DNA of 64,000 nt from Pseudomonadales bacterium (GCA_019090385.1 JAHRWB010000001.1:10484-74483), one strand, 5' to 3'; shown: positions 1 through 9,693, counted from the first letter of the stretch. Made by a program: numbers and translations. The notes: generated by a model not told the origin, from the sequence alone.

Positions 1-385
1 TTCCTTCCTTCTCCCAGGTTTTTCCCGGTTTAGCTGTTGGGTACAAGATGTCTCCGGCTACAGGGTGTCGATGATATTCATAATGTTGTTCTGCATGTAA
101 ACCCCCTCCCGAACCGCCACCAGATTTTTCACCACTACTAGGTTCCTTTTTTATGCCACTCGCTTCCTTGCCTGACCCAAACCACGGTTTGCCAACTTTA
201 GGCCGCAGAACATAGTCTTCATCAAATTGCGCGCTGGCCTGCACGAAGGTGGGCGGTGCGACAATATTACCGACTTCTGTGTCAGCCGCGTATTCGGCGT
301 CATAATACACTTGATTGTCATCACCAACCGAACGCGCAAACATCATGATATGACCTGCCTCAACAGGAAACCTTTTTGCTACCAT
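1..385 (-). CDS. MaoC-like / FAS1-like dehydratase, N-terminal-domain type. The 3' end lies outside the window.
   Basis: My own minus-strand translation starts at the ATG at 385-383, preceded by GGAGGAAGT. It reads MVAKRFPVEAGHIMMFARSVGDDNQVYYD...NIVAPPTFVQAS..., the pattern typical of hot-dog-fold MaoC N-terminal dehydratases. The frame stays open to the window edge. The ORF is absent from the track because it has no stop inside the window. Confidence 0.65.
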   Translation of the reverse strand, partial: MVAKRFPVEAGHIMMFARSVGDDNQVYYDAEYAADTEVGNIVAPPTFVQASAQFDEDYVLRPKVGKPWFGSGKEASGIKKEPSSGEKSGGGSGGGLHAEQHYEYHRHPVAGDILYPTAKPGKTWEKEG

Positions 386-430
386 ACTTCCTCCGCATGT
401 CTGTTTTTATATGTTATCAATTGAATAATA

Positions 431-1207
431 TTATTTATTTTTCCAAATGGGTGTTCGTTTTTCCAGAAAAGCCGTAATACCTTCTTGCTTATCTTCTGTT
501 TGTATCAGAGCACCCTGGGCATATTTCTCAAACATCAATGCTGATGCAAGGCTGCCCTCCATGCCAAAATGGACCATAGCTTTCATAGTCCGCGGGACCA
601 TCGGTGCAAAAGACGCCAGGTGCTTGGTCATCCTGCGTACTTCAGGCACTAATTCATCGGGCTCGACTACGCGGGTTACCAATCCAATCTGCAGCGCTCT
701 TTCCACATCAATGGGCTCACCCATCAGCATCATTTCCATACCCCAACCCCTTCCAACAATACGAGGCAAACGCGCACATGCTCCCCCCCCGGGGATGATG
801 CCAAGTTTGCCTTCCGGTGTTGCAAACGAAGCGTTACTGGCAGCCACGCGTAAATCACAACCCAACGCGACTTCCAGACCACCGCCGAAACAAAGCCCAT
901 TAATAGCCGCAATGGTCGGCTTGGGGGTTTTTTCTAACTGGTCTGCCAAGCCCTGTACTATTGGTTCTAACGCCTTCTGAAAATCACGGTCAATTAGTTC
1001 AGCCAAATCAGATCCCGTAGCAAAGGCTTTTTTACCTACCCCGGTAATACCAATAACGCAAACGTTCTCATCATTGGCTGCACGTGTCACCGCATGATGC
1101 ATCTCTTCCAAAGTGGCCAGGGAAATAGCATTGAGTTTTTTAGGCCTGTTAATTGTAAGTAAACCGAGGCTATCTTCGACCTGGTAAGTAATATTCTTAT
1201 AAATCAT
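431..1207 (-). CDS. Enoyl-CoA hydratase/isomerase (crotonase family)
   Basis: 258 aa with crotonase hallmarks: LTINRPKKLNA, GKKAFATGSDL, AAINGLCFGGGLEVALGCDLRVA, and a C-terminal EGITAFLEKRTP. Confidence 0.9.
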   Translation of the reverse strand: MIYKNITYQVEDSLGLLTINRPKKLNAISLATLEEMHHAVTRAANDENVCVIGITGVGKKAFATGSDLAELIDRDFQKALEPIVQGLADQLEKTPKPTIAAINGLCFGGGLEVALGCDLRVAASNASFATPEGKLGIIPGGGACARLPRIVGRGWGMEMMLMGEPIDVERALQIGLVTRVVEPDELVPEVRRMTKHLASFAPMVPRTMKAMVHFGMEGSLASALMFEKYAQGALIQTEDKQEGITAFLEKRTPIWKNK

Positions 1208-1311
1208 AAATAACGCTCATTTGTATATCTTGAGAAACTGCCCCGCGACAAGGTAGCTTATCTACCAAAGCGCTATTTTAAGTAGCAATATTAAGTAGCT
1301 ATGCCAAACAG

Positions 1312-2064
1312 TTAAGTTTCAGGATGACCGAAGTTTCCCAGTCCTTTAAGTTTGTCTCCCAATTTTTCTTTTAGCCGGCTTTTCTCCTCATCCAATTGAG
1401 TTCCCAGTTTGTCTAAATCCAGCTTTTGACCAAGCGCACCGACAACACTCTTAGTAAGGGGGGACAACAATTGCTGAATGACTTCACCTATTGTCGCACC
1501 ATTGGTATCGCGGCCAATATCCTTTATGTGTAGGTCAGGAATTTCAAGATCCGCATCACCAAGAATATCAGAGTTCACACGAGCATTTGCACCGACAAAA
1601 TCCAGCGTGTCTATAATCACTTTCATATCACTCTCAGAGGAGCTTTCCGACTGAGGACCAAGGGCATTTTCAACATTCTCCATGAGCTTTTTGATGTTGG
1701 AATTAGAACCACCTTTCACTATGGCATGCAAGCTGGCGCCGGATATATCTACACTATTTAAAACCAGCACCGGTTCACCAAGGGAGTCTGTATCAAGGGA
1801 AACGCTGATAGTATCCATGCGTAGCGCATAGTCCCCTTCAAAACCAGATGGGTTACCCACCTGCAAACCAGATATTACACATCGTCCTTCTGCTAACGAC
1901 AACTCAACATTATCAATGCTTACCTTTGCGCCGAGATAGTCCGGGCCAGTCTGCTCTACCACCTCTTTTATGAGGCTACCGGCATTGGATACAAGGTAAT
2001 ATCCTACTCCCGCAATAATTAGTACCACTATGACAAGAAAGATACCTAGTTTTTTCATTTTCAC
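1312..2064 (-). CDS. Membrane-anchored hypothetical protein with an AsmA-N-terminal-like pattern
   Basis: The N-terminal TM anchor is MKKLGIFLVIVVLIIAGVGYY. It is followed by V.I..V.LSL..G...ISGL.VGNPSGF, reminiscent of AsmA-family N-termini. This is weak, pattern-only evidence. Confidence 0.4.
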   Translation of the reverse strand: MKMKKLGIFLVIVVLIIAGVGYYLVSNAGSLIKEVVEQTGPDYLGAKVSIDNVELSLAEGRCVISGLQVGNPSGFEGDYALRMDTISVSLDTDSLGEPVLVLNSVDISGASLHAIVKGGSNSNIKKLMENVENALGPQSESSSESDMKVIIDTLDFVGANARVNSDILGDADLEIPDLHIKDIGRDTNGATIGEVIQQLLSPLTKSVVGALGQKLDLDKLGTQLDEEKSRLKEKLGDKLKGLGNFGHPET

Positions 2065-2123
2065 TCTTCATAATATTACAAAAGGCTAGACTGACAGAAA
2101 AATCAAATGACCGGAACAGGCAG

Positions 2124-2164
2124 GCAAAAAAAATCCGCTGATCTGGAGAGTGGATCAGCGGATT
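2124..2164 (-). terminator. Rho-independent terminator of the ompR-envZ operon
   Basis: A perfect 12-bp stem pairs AATCCGCTGATC (2132-2143) with GATCAGCGGATT (2153-2164) around a 9-nt loop. On the minus strand a run of 8 T follows (A-run 2126-2133 on plus). Confidence 0.8.
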
Positions 2165-2362
2165 AATTAGCCTTTTATACGAAAAAGCACAAGGCCTCAG
2201 GGGATAATGACTGCCTTATGGACTGCCTTGTCGATAACCTTGGGAAGGTCCTCCAACAAAACATTCGCCTCAATAGTATTCTTGCAAATAACTGTTTCAG
2301 GGTGATTACCCAGGCGCCCTTTTATGTGACAGTTTGTTTCATTAAAAATGAATCATAATGAA

Positions 2363-3646
2363 CTAAAAAGGGAGACTAACTACAAAATCAGCCCCGCCTG
2401 AAGGGCTACTGGAAACATTGATATCCCAGCCATGTGCCTGGCACAACTGATAAACTATAGCCAGGCCCAGTCCACTACCACCAGTCTTCTGGCTCCTTGA
2501 AGAATCCATACGAAAAAAAGGTTGAAACACTTTATCTCTATATTCAAGAGGAATACCCTGTCCAGAATCCTGAATATGTATCGCAATAAAGTCTGAGTGC
2601 TTATATACCATCACTGTCACTTCTCCAGCACCATGTTGCATCGCATTAGTTAATAAATTTTGCATGACTCTCCGAAAGGCGCCCGGTGCCAAATCCAACA
2701 TGACTTCATCAGTAAAGTTCCATTGCAATTTAACTCCATCAGCCAGGGAAGGAATCAGCTCATCAAAAAAAACTCTAAATGAAACTTTATGTGCATGCTC
2801 TCCGGTACCTCGTGCGAACCTGAGCACATCTCCTATCAATTCGTCCATGACACCCAAATTGCGCTCGAAACGTTCTCGCCATTCGATGTCTACTTCTGGA
2901 GGCAGCAATTCTGTCGCAATACGCATGCGCGCTAGAGGTGTTCTAAGATCATGAGAAATACCCGCAAGCAAGGTAGTTCTATTGGACAAAAGCTCAGAAA
3001 TCTCGCGCGCCATAGTGTTAAAACTTTTGGCCAGAGTTACCAACTCCTCAGGCCCATTTTCAGGTAGCGGAATAAAGTCCACGCCACCTCTGAATCGGGT
3101 AGCTGCTTTGGCCGTATCTACCAATGGACGAGTAATTCGCTGCACAATAAACAGCGAGGCAGCAAAGACAATCGCTGCACCCATCACCGCAATTATCAAA
3201 GCAACATACAAGGGTTGAATATCTCTCCGAGAGCCAGAAAAACCAATTTGCATGGTATAATCGCCCATAGAGATATCCGCCCACACAAGATCGTCTCCCT
3301 GGGTCAAGGTCATGGGAACACCCAACCTTTTCTCCAGCTCTGCCTCCAGCAGGTCGAGAAAAAAGATACCTTGCTCATAGGCATGCAGATCAAGGACCTC
3401 CGAACTAATTATAAGATCGTGGCTTTCCGCCAATTCCAGTTCAAAATAGCTTCTTGCTTGGGGAGGTAGTTCAACCCAGGTTTGGGCAGATAAAACCAAG
3501 AGAGCCGCTGCATCAGCAGCTGATCTTTTCGCTATTGGTTCGACGACAAAGGTATTCAGAGCAAGAATGGATGTTATAGCAATAGCCACAGCGCTTAGCG
3601 CCATGACAAAGTTTGTTCGAACGAGCAATGAGCCAGATCTTGCCAT
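2363..3646 (-). CDS. envZ: Osmolarity-type sensor histidine kinase (EnvZ-like)
   Basis: 427 aa with two TM segments, a HAMP region and the H-box LLAGISHDLRTPLARMRIATELL, which is close to E. coli EnvZ. ATP-binding boxes are NLLTNAMQHG, DSGQGI and GGSGLGLAIV. It lies directly downstream of ompR. Confidence 0.85.
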   Translation of the reverse strand: MARSGSLLVRTNFVMALSAVAIAITSILALNTFVVEPIAKRSAADAAALLVLSAQTWVELPPQARSYFELELAESHDLIISSEVLDLHAYEQGIFFLDLLEAELEKRLGVPMTLTQGDDLVWADISMGDYTMQIGFSGSRRDIQPLYVALIIAVMGAAIVFAASLFIVQRITRPLVDTAKAATRFRGGVDFIPLPENGPEELVTLAKSFNTMAREISELLSNRTTLLAGISHDLRTPLARMRIATELLPPEVDIEWRERFERNLGVMDELIGDVLRFARGTGEHAHKVSFRVFFDELIPSLADGVKLQWNFTDEVMLDLAPGAFRRVMQNLLTNAMQHGAGEVTVMVYKHSDFIAIHIQDSGQGIPLEYRDKVFQPFFRMDSSRSQKTGGSGLGLAIVYQLCQAHGWDINVSSSPSGGADFVVSLPF

Positions 3647-3698
3647 CAGTCAGAAACCAAAGCACCCTTAAACAAACCCAAATGCACACAGGGCTCGA

Positions 3699-4421
3699 TT
3701 AGTGGCTTCCCGGTTCAGGGCAAAACATATAGCCCTTCCCCCAGATAGTTTTAATATAAACAGGTTCGGCAGGGTCGGGCTCAATCTTACCGCGCAGTCG
3801 TGTAATACGAACATCAATACTTCGATCAAACGGAGAGCGCTCAGCACCTGTGAGCAAATCAAGAATTCGATCTCTGTCAAGTACCCGGTTCGGATTCTTG
3901 AGCAGAATACTTAATAAATCGAACTCTCCAGAGGTCAGAGCAACCATTTCACCAAATCGCGTCAGGCGATGCGCTGTTAGGTCGAGTTCGAAGCTGCCAA
4001 ACTTCAATACGCTACTCGACGGTGGTGCACTTTCGGACTCATCCTTACCAGACCGACGCAAAACAGCGCGAATCCTGGCTAGCAACTCGCGCGGATTAAA
4101 GGGCTTGCTTATATAGTCATCAGCCCCGACTTCGAGGCCGACAATACGATCAATATCCTCACCTTGTGCACTGACTATAATAATAGGCAAATCTTTGTCC
4201 GCTTTAACGCGTGAAGCAATGGACAAGCCACCTTCCCCAGGCAGCATCAAATCCAGAATAATAAGATCAACGGATGCTTCGCGAGCCAGCACTTCATCCA
4301 TTGCCAGGCCATCTTCTGCGGTCAATACAGCAAAACCCTGCTTTTCCAGGTATTCCTGCATCAGCTCGCGTATTTCAACGTCGTCGTCAACGACAAGTAA
4401 CCTGGCTTGCTCTTCCATCAC
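3699..4421 (-). CDS. ompR: OmpR-family response regulator
   Basis: 240 aa with a receiver domain (LLVVDDD, LDLMLPG) and the block DRIVGLEVGADDYISKPFNPRELLARIRAVLRR, nearly identical to E. coli OmpR. The C-terminal winged helix carries the GKGY motif. Confidence 0.9.
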   Translation of the reverse strand: MMEEQARLLVVDDDVEIRELMQEYLEKQGFAVLTAEDGLAMDEVLAREASVDLIILDLMLPGEGGLSIASRVKADKDLPIIIVSAQGEDIDRIVGLEVGADDYISKPFNPRELLARIRAVLRRSGKDESESAPPSSSVLKFGSFELDLTAHRLTRFGEMVALTSGEFDLLSILLKNPNRVLDRDRILDLLTGAERSPFDRSIDVRITRLRGKIEPDPAEPVYIKTIWGKGYMFCPEPGSH

Positions 4422-4442
4422 AAAAATAGTTTCCGTGCGGTA

Positions 4443-4979
4443 TTAGTCGTTCGTTTGGTGCTGAACCGATAATACAGAGTTTTTGCTAGATGTGCCTGGT
4501 AGGTCGGAAACATGTTGTGGTGATGGCTGCGTACGCACCCTTTTTTCAAACCCCAAACCAAATCCATGTTCAGCACGGTATCCAGCAGCTCGTTCAGTTT
4601 CACGTCGGGATTTAACACCAAGCGTTGCAGGGAGGCGCTTAATCGAAACAGTTTTACTGGCAATTTCTTCAGCAGTGAGTTCTCTGTAACGCACGACGTG
4701 CTGCTCGGTTTCAATTCGTACAACACGGCCATCTGGCTGCCTGACTAAGCGTCCAAATCGGCGTTTAGCGTGAATTCTGACAACCGGGCGCTTACCCGAA
4801 GAGCGCATTCGCGTTTTTATTTCAGTGAGCAAAGCTCGGCGGGCATTGGAACTCATGGTTTCCCATGTGCTGGCCAACGCAGTAAGTTCGGCATCAGATT
4901 TTTCACGATAGGACTGCTGAGCCAGAACATTCGCCCCACTCAACAAAAGCACACTATAAATAACAAACCGTACAAGCAT
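4443..4979 (-). CDS. Secreted Arg/Lys-rich hypothetical protein
   Basis: 178 aa with signal peptide MLVRFVIYSVLLLSGANVLAQQ. The rest is highly basic with no recognisable motif. It ends 21 nt upstream of the ompR start on the same strand. Confidence 0.5.
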   Translation of the reverse strand: MLVRFVIYSVLLLSGANVLAQQSYREKSDAELTALASTWETMSSNARRALLTEIKTRMRSSGKRPVVRIHAKRRFGRLVRQPDGRVVRIETEQHVVRYRELTAEEIASKTVSIKRLPATLGVKSRRETERAAGYRAEHGFGLGFEKRVRTQPSPQHVSDLPGTSSKNSVLSVQHQTND

Positions 4980-5302
4980 ATCTAAGCTATTTCTTCCCAG
5001 CTCTGAACTACATGCTTTGTAAGCAAACTATCTTTTTTATTATTGCAGTTCTCATCATGGACACCGTTATCATCAAATTAGCAATTGGAATACTAATAAT
5101 TTGCAATGCTCCAGCCAATACTCCCGGCGTCTATATGAACTCGCATCTAGATTTACGTCTACACCAACCTGCACCAGCCTAAGCTGATGCAGGAAAGGGC
5201 GTTTTACAAAGCCTTGCGCATATACTGCCGCAATAGCGTTTCAACTACATTTCTCTACAGTGCTATTTCGTAACAATTTGTTACCGAAACAGCATGCAGG
5301 CT

Positions 5303-6487
5303 TTATACAGCTTCAAACAATGCTGCACCACCTTGACCACCACCAATACACATACTTACGATGCCGTATTTTTGCTTGCGGCGTTGTAACTCGCGCAATA
5401 CCAAGCCAGTCATGCGTGAGCCCGTCATACCAAAGGGATGACCAATGGCAATACTACCACCGAGTACGTTATAAATATCATTGTCGATACCAATTTCGTC
5501 CCTGCAATATACGCACTGAGAAGCAAACGCTTCGTTAAGTTCAACTAGATTGATATCGTTAAGGGTCAATCCAGCATTTTTGAGTAACTTGGGAATAGCC
5601 TTAACCGGGCCAATGCCCATTTCATCTGGCTCACAACCTGTCGCTGTCCATCCTCTGAATATGCCCATAGGCTCCAGGCCCAATTGTTCTGCACGTTCAG
5701 CACTCATTAACAAGGTCATGGATGCCCCGTCAGACAGTTGCGACGAATTACCCGCAGTCACCGACCCTTTTTCATCAAATACTGGTTTCAAGCTCGATAA
5801 ACCTTCAAGTGTAGTCGATGCACGGTTACATTCGTCTTTGTCCACAAGCACATCTTTAAAGCTTTCCTTACCGGACTCTTTATCGACCACTTTCATATTG
5901 GCCTTCATGGGCAGAATTTCCTCAGAAATAGCGCCTGATTCTACCGCTGCTGCATAACGTTGCTGGCTTTGTAAAGAATACTCGTCCTGGGACTCACGGG
6001 TAACGTTATAGCGTTTGGCAACAATTTCCGCCGTAGTACCCATAGCCATGTATACCTCTGGCTTCTCTTCTACCAATCGATCGTTACGCTGAGATTTACC
6101 CGGCTTCTGTCGTGTTTGCATGGAAATCGACTCAACTCCACCCGCCATGGCAACTTCGCTCTGACCGGATGCAATCTGGTTGGCTGCCAGCGCAATCGAC
6201 TGCACGCCAGATGAACAAAAACGATTAATGGACAAACCACAGGTGTCAACCGATAGCCGAGAAAGAATAACCGCTAAGCGCGCTATATTGCCATCTTGCT
6301 CACCAGAATGACTGGCACAACCAACGACTACATCTTCAACTTCGCCAGGATCAACTTTCGGGTTCCTGTCTAGTAAGCCATCCATCAAATGCGCCAGCAT
6401 ATCGTCTGAGCGCGTCATGTTAAAACTACCGCGAAAAGCCTTGGCCAATCCGGTTCTAATATTATCAACGATTACTACGTCTCTCAT
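5303..6487 (-). CDS. Acetyl-CoA C-acyltransferase (3-ketoacyl-CoA thiolase)
   Basis: Thiolase motifs are present: the active-site Cys context NRFCSSGVQSI, then NEAFASQ, GGSIAIGHPFGMTG and CIGGGQGGA. I chose the ATG at 6487 (MRDVVIVD, with GGGGAAGAG upstream) over the TTG at 6508. Confidence 0.9.
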   Translation of the reverse strand: MRDVVIVDNIRTGLAKAFRGSFNMTRSDDMLAHLMDGLLDRNPKVDPGEVEDVVVGCASHSGEQDGNIARLAVILSRLSVDTCGLSINRFCSSGVQSIALAANQIASGQSEVAMAGGVESISMQTRQKPGKSQRNDRLVEEKPEVYMAMGTTAEIVAKRYNVTRESQDEYSLQSQQRYAAAVESGAISEEILPMKANMKVVDKESGKESFKDVLVDKDECNRASTTLEGLSSLKPVFDEKGSVTAGNSSQLSDGASMTLLMSAERAEQLGLEPMGIFRGWTATGCEPDEMGIGPVKAIPKLLKNAGLTLNDINLVELNEAFASQCVYCRDEIGIDNDIYNVLGGSIAIGHPFGMTGSRMTGLVLRELQRRKQKYGIVSMCIGGGQGGAALFEAV

Positions 6488-6560
6488 AGTCTCTTCCCCA
6501 CTCCCCAAAAGGGGATATCAATTAAATTAAAATTATATTACCTGTATTCTGGCCAGCAGA

Positions 6561-6941
6561 TCAAAGCAATATTGTTACTGGCCAGATTTGTTTAGTACAA
6601 GCAACAGCAAATATATAACAAACACTAGCCAAGGCCGCAACAAAGCCTATCCAGCGTAGCTTCTCATTGGTCCCTCGCAATGCCATCACACCAAAAACAA
6701 TATACGCCAATAGCCCAACCAGCTTTGCCATTAACCAATCCTGCCCCAGGGGAGAAATACCCATCTGATAGGCCATGCTGACACCGAGTATCAACAATAG
6801 CGAATCTACTAGATGCGGTAAAACCTTCAACCAACGTGACCGGGCCACCGACCAGCAGGCAAAATGCATAAAAAAACGCGCAATGAAGCCCATAACCGTA
6901 ATATACGCCAACAACACATGCAGGCTTTTTACCATCAACAT
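6561..6941 (-). CDS. SirB2-like small inner-membrane protein
   Basis: About 126 aa with four hydrophobic helices and an N-terminus MLMVKSLHVLLAYITVMGF, typical of the SirB2 family. GGGGAGG lies 8 nt upstream of the ATG at 6941. Confidence 0.5.
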   Translation of the reverse strand: MLMVKSLHVLLAYITVMGFIARFFMHFACWSVARSRWLKVLPHLVDSLLLILGVSMAYQMGISPLGQDWLMAKLVGLLAYIVFGVMALRGTNEKLRWIGFVAALASVCYIFAVACTKQIWPVTILL

Positions 6942-7142
6942 TGTCACGCCTCCCCGGGTTGAATACAACTAATGACAATTAAAACAACTAAATTGTTACA
7001 TTCTGAAGACAATCTGAGTAGCACTTCCGTGCTTGAAATAGCCATTGTTACAGTATGCTGCGAGCACTATCAAACGGCGAATACCTGACAGAACCAACTA
7101 TGGTTATAATGCGAATCAAATTTTCTAAGCAGGTCAATCCAA

Positions 7143-8018
7143 ATGTCTATGCCGGGCCCAACCTCCCACAATTATTACTCTCAACGACTAAGACTCCACT
7201 ATGTAGACTGGGGAAATCCGGATGCGCCTCTACTGCTTATGATACACGGCGGGCGAGACCATTGTCGGAACTGGGATTGGGTAGCACAATCTCTGCGCAG
7301 CGAGTACCACATTATTGCACCGGATTTGCGGGGCCACGGTGATTCTGACTGGATGATTGGCGGCAATTACAACTTAATGGACTATGTGTATGATATAGCT
7401 CAGTTACTTGATCAAAATAGTAATGGACCGGTAAAAATCATGGCTCACTCCCTGGGCGGAGCTATCTCATTGGCCTATGCCGGCATTTATCCTGAACTAG
7501 TTTCCAAGCTGGTCGTTATTGAAGGTTTGGGACCCCCTCCTGCAACCATGGATGAACCTGCGGATATAAGCACGCAAGCAAGGATTACAGAATGGATAGA
7601 AGGCATCCGTAATTTGTCGGCCAGACAACCCCGGCGTTACAAAAATCTGGAAGAAGCGCTAAATCGCATGCAAAGTGAAAACCTGCATTTAAGTGCCGAG
7701 CGGGCCCGCCACCTTACAGTGCATGGCACCCTGCGAAATGAAGATGGCACCTATAGCTGGAAGTTCGATAATTACGTACGCAGCTTTTTCCCTGTTAGAA
7801 TCCCCGAGGAAACTCAGTTTGAGCTATACAATAAAATAACCTGCCCGACTCTTCTTATGTGTGGCACTGAATCCTGGGCAACCGACCCAAGCAATAATGG
7901 TATCAAGGCCCAGTTTCAAAATGCCCAGGTTGAAAATATTGAAAAAGCAGGGCACTGGGTTCATCACGACCAACTTGAGTCATTTCTGCAGATAAGCACA
8001 GATTTCCTGAAGGACTAA
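7143..8018 (+). CDS. Alpha/beta-fold hydrolase
   Basis: 291 aa with an HGG oxyanion motif (MIHGGRDH), the nucleophile elbow AHSLGG and a C-terminal GHWVHHD. Confidence 0.85.
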   Translation: MSMPGPTSHNYYSQRLRLHYVDWGNPDAPLLLMIHGGRDHCRNWDWVAQSLRSEYHIIAPDLRGHGDSDWMIGGNYNLMDYVYDIAQLLDQNSNGPVKIMAHSLGGAISLAYAGIYPELVSKLVVIEGLGPPPATMDEPADISTQARITEWIEGIRNLSARQPRRYKNLEEALNRMQSENLHLSAERARHLTVHGTLRNEDGTYSWKFDNYVRSFFPVRIPEETQFELYNKITCPTLLMCGTESWATDPSNNGIKAQFQNAQVENIEKAGHWVHHDQLESFLQISTDFLKD

Positions 8019-8029
8019 GCGGAAAAGTT

Positions 8030-9163
8030 ATGGTCAAACATATCCATGCACATCCTTTCAAAGGCGTGTTTATGATTACCGGAGGTGGTACTCAACTGAT
8101 CGGCAGCCTGTTAAATATTCCCGGAGGCTCAAACACAGTATTGCAAGCCCTTGTGCCCTATTCTACCCAGGCTCTGCAAGATCAACTTGGATTTACCCCT
8201 CCCAGCGCCTGTTCAAGTGAAACATCCCGACTCATGGCTATGCGTGCTTACCAGATGGCAAGGCAGGAAAGCCAGGACGCTGCACTATTTGGATTTGCCA
8301 TCACGGCAAGCCTTGCCAGCGACCAACCAAAAAAAGGGCAGCATCGAATACATATTGCTGCCCAGACACAGTCTTGTACTTATACCTGGTCACTGGTACT
8401 GAACAAGGGCAAGCGCAGTAGATCCGAGGAAGAGCAATTGAGCTGCGACCTGGCGCTTAATGCACTGTGCGAAATAATGCAGCTAGCACCGATAAAACTA
8501 TTGGATCTGGGACAAGCAGAGACAATTATCAGCCATTCCGTGCTTGCCGATAACGCACTGCAAAGTCTGCTATTCAGCGATAGCAGTACCTCTCAGCTCA
8601 AGCACGTAAGTGATACAGAATCTCCGCTACTTGTCTTTCCCGGCGCATTCAATCCCTTGCACGCAGGACATAAAAGAATGCTGGAACTCGCCTGTGAGAT
8701 GACTGGCCACCCCGGCTGTTATGAAATATGTGTGCACAATATTGAAAAACCGAAACTGGACTACATTGCACTGGAGCAACGCTGTGAACCCTTTCAGGAT
8801 GATTCGCTGCCCCTAGTGCTCACAACCGCTGCGAAATTTGCAGACAAAGCCCACTGTTTTCCGGGTGCTGTTTTTGTGGTGGGTATAGATACACTGGAGC
8901 GCATCGCAGATCCGCGTTTTTACGAGAATGACCCAGGTAAAAGAGATACTTCAATCGCAGAAATCGCAGGTTGGGGTTGTCGATTCCTGGTTTTTGGTCG
9001 CGCTGATACCATTCCGGGAAACTCGGGTTTTAAACACATGCAAGACCTGGAAATACCGCCCCAACTACAAGCCATCTGTTCGGAAGTTTCAGAATCAATT
9101 TATCGTATGGATGTCTCTTCAACGGCACTTCGAGAAAGAAGCAGCATTACCAATGACGTCTAG
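8030..9163 (+). CDS. Fusion protein: CinA-C/PncC-like domain plus NadD/NMNAT-like nucleotidyltransferase
   Basis: The N-terminal ~150 aa (ITGGGTQLIGSLLNIPGGSNTVLQALVPYS...) follow the PncC/CinA C-terminal pattern. The C-terminal half carries the HxGH motif FNPLHAGH (8660-8671 encode HAGH) and the terminal ISST-type motif VSSTALRE of NaMN/NMN adenylyltransferases. Confidence 0.6.
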   Translation: MVKHIHAHPFKGVFMITGGGTQLIGSLLNIPGGSNTVLQALVPYSTQALQDQLGFTPPSACSSETSRLMAMRAYQMARQESQDAALFGFAITASLASDQPKKGQHRIHIAAQTQSCTYTWSLVLNKGKRSRSEEEQLSCDLALNALCEIMQLAPIKLLDLGQAETIISHSVLADNALQSLLFSDSSTSQLKHVSDTESPLLVFPGAFNPLHAGHKRMLELACEMTGHPGCYEICVHNIEKPKLDYIALEQRCEPFQDDSLPLVLTTAAKFADKAHCFPGAVFVVGIDTLERIADPRFYENDPGKRDTSIAEIAGWGCRFLVFGRADTIPGNSGFKHMQDLEIPPQLQAICSEVSESIYRMDVSSTALRERSSITNDV

Positions 9164-9216
9164 CTAGCAATGTATGCCCAAGCTAGCACTACTTCTTCTC
9201 TTGTACTCATTCACAC

Positions 9217-9693
9217 TCAACTTACAGAAAACGCGCCGTAGGCTCCCTTGAAAAACAGCAGTGGAAGCCCTTCAGATTTACAAACTTTAAGCTCTTTAAT
9301 ATGCCCCACCGCAATGGTGTGATCACCGGCATCATGTTCCGCTACTAGTTCACAATCAATATAGGCCAATACATCAGCTAATACAGGCGAGCCCGTTACG
9401 CCACTTTGCCACTCAAGACCTTCAAATTTATCCACTCCACTTTGAGCAAACCTGTCACATACAGGTTTTTGATGCGATGAAAGGATATTAATGCAAAAGC
9501 TACCCGACTCTCTTAGCAACGGCCAACTGGTGCTGGTTTTTGCTGGCGACAGCCCCACCAGTGCGGGATCAAGAGATAATGAAAGAAAGGATTGCGCGGC
9601 AAATCCTGCAGGCTTACCGTCTACAAAACCGGTAGCAATGACTACTCCTGTACAAAAATTTCCCAGTGTATTGCGAATATCCCGATCATCCAT
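9217..9693 (-). CDS. Flavin reductase-like, FMN-binding split-barrel protein
   Basis: 158 aa containing FCTGVVIATG...GFAAQSF.SLSLDP and GDHTI.VG, typical of the flavin reductase domain family. Confidence 0.8.
   Translation of the reverse strand: MDDRDIRNTLGNFCTGVVIATGFVDGKPAGFAAQSFLSLSLDPALVGLSPAKTSTSWPLLRESGSFCINILSSHQKPVCDRFAQSGVDKFEGLEWQSGVTGSPVLADVLAYIDCELVAEHDAGDHTIAVGHIKELKVCKSEGLPLLFFKGAYGAFSVS

Noticed and set aside
447-980. Long ORFs antisense to or overlapping confidently called genes. Examples: 447-980, 3850-4116, 5550-5957, 11719-12420, 13797-14165, 16180-16578, 37721-38080, 41862-42302, 43617-43982, 49155-49661, 51869-52285 and 61435-61902.
   Set aside because: Each lies entirely inside a gene with strong family motifs on the other strand or in another frame. 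Their translations are low-complexity (Ser/Arg/Pro-rich) with no motifs, so they are shadow ORFs.
2165-2362. ~200-nt gap between the envZ stop and its terminator. It contains a start-less minus-strand frame reading ...GNHPETVICKNTIEANVLLEDLPKVIDKAVHKAVIIP-stop.
   Set aside because: There is no ATG, GTG or TTG start in frame after the preceding stop, and I recognise no family. It may be a gene remnant or a 3'UTR, but the evidence is too thin for a feature.
7055-7342. 95-aa ORF overlapping the start of the alpha/beta hydrolase gene
   Set aside because: It is in a different frame from the motif-bearing hydrolase ORF (7143-8018) and has no motif or RBS.
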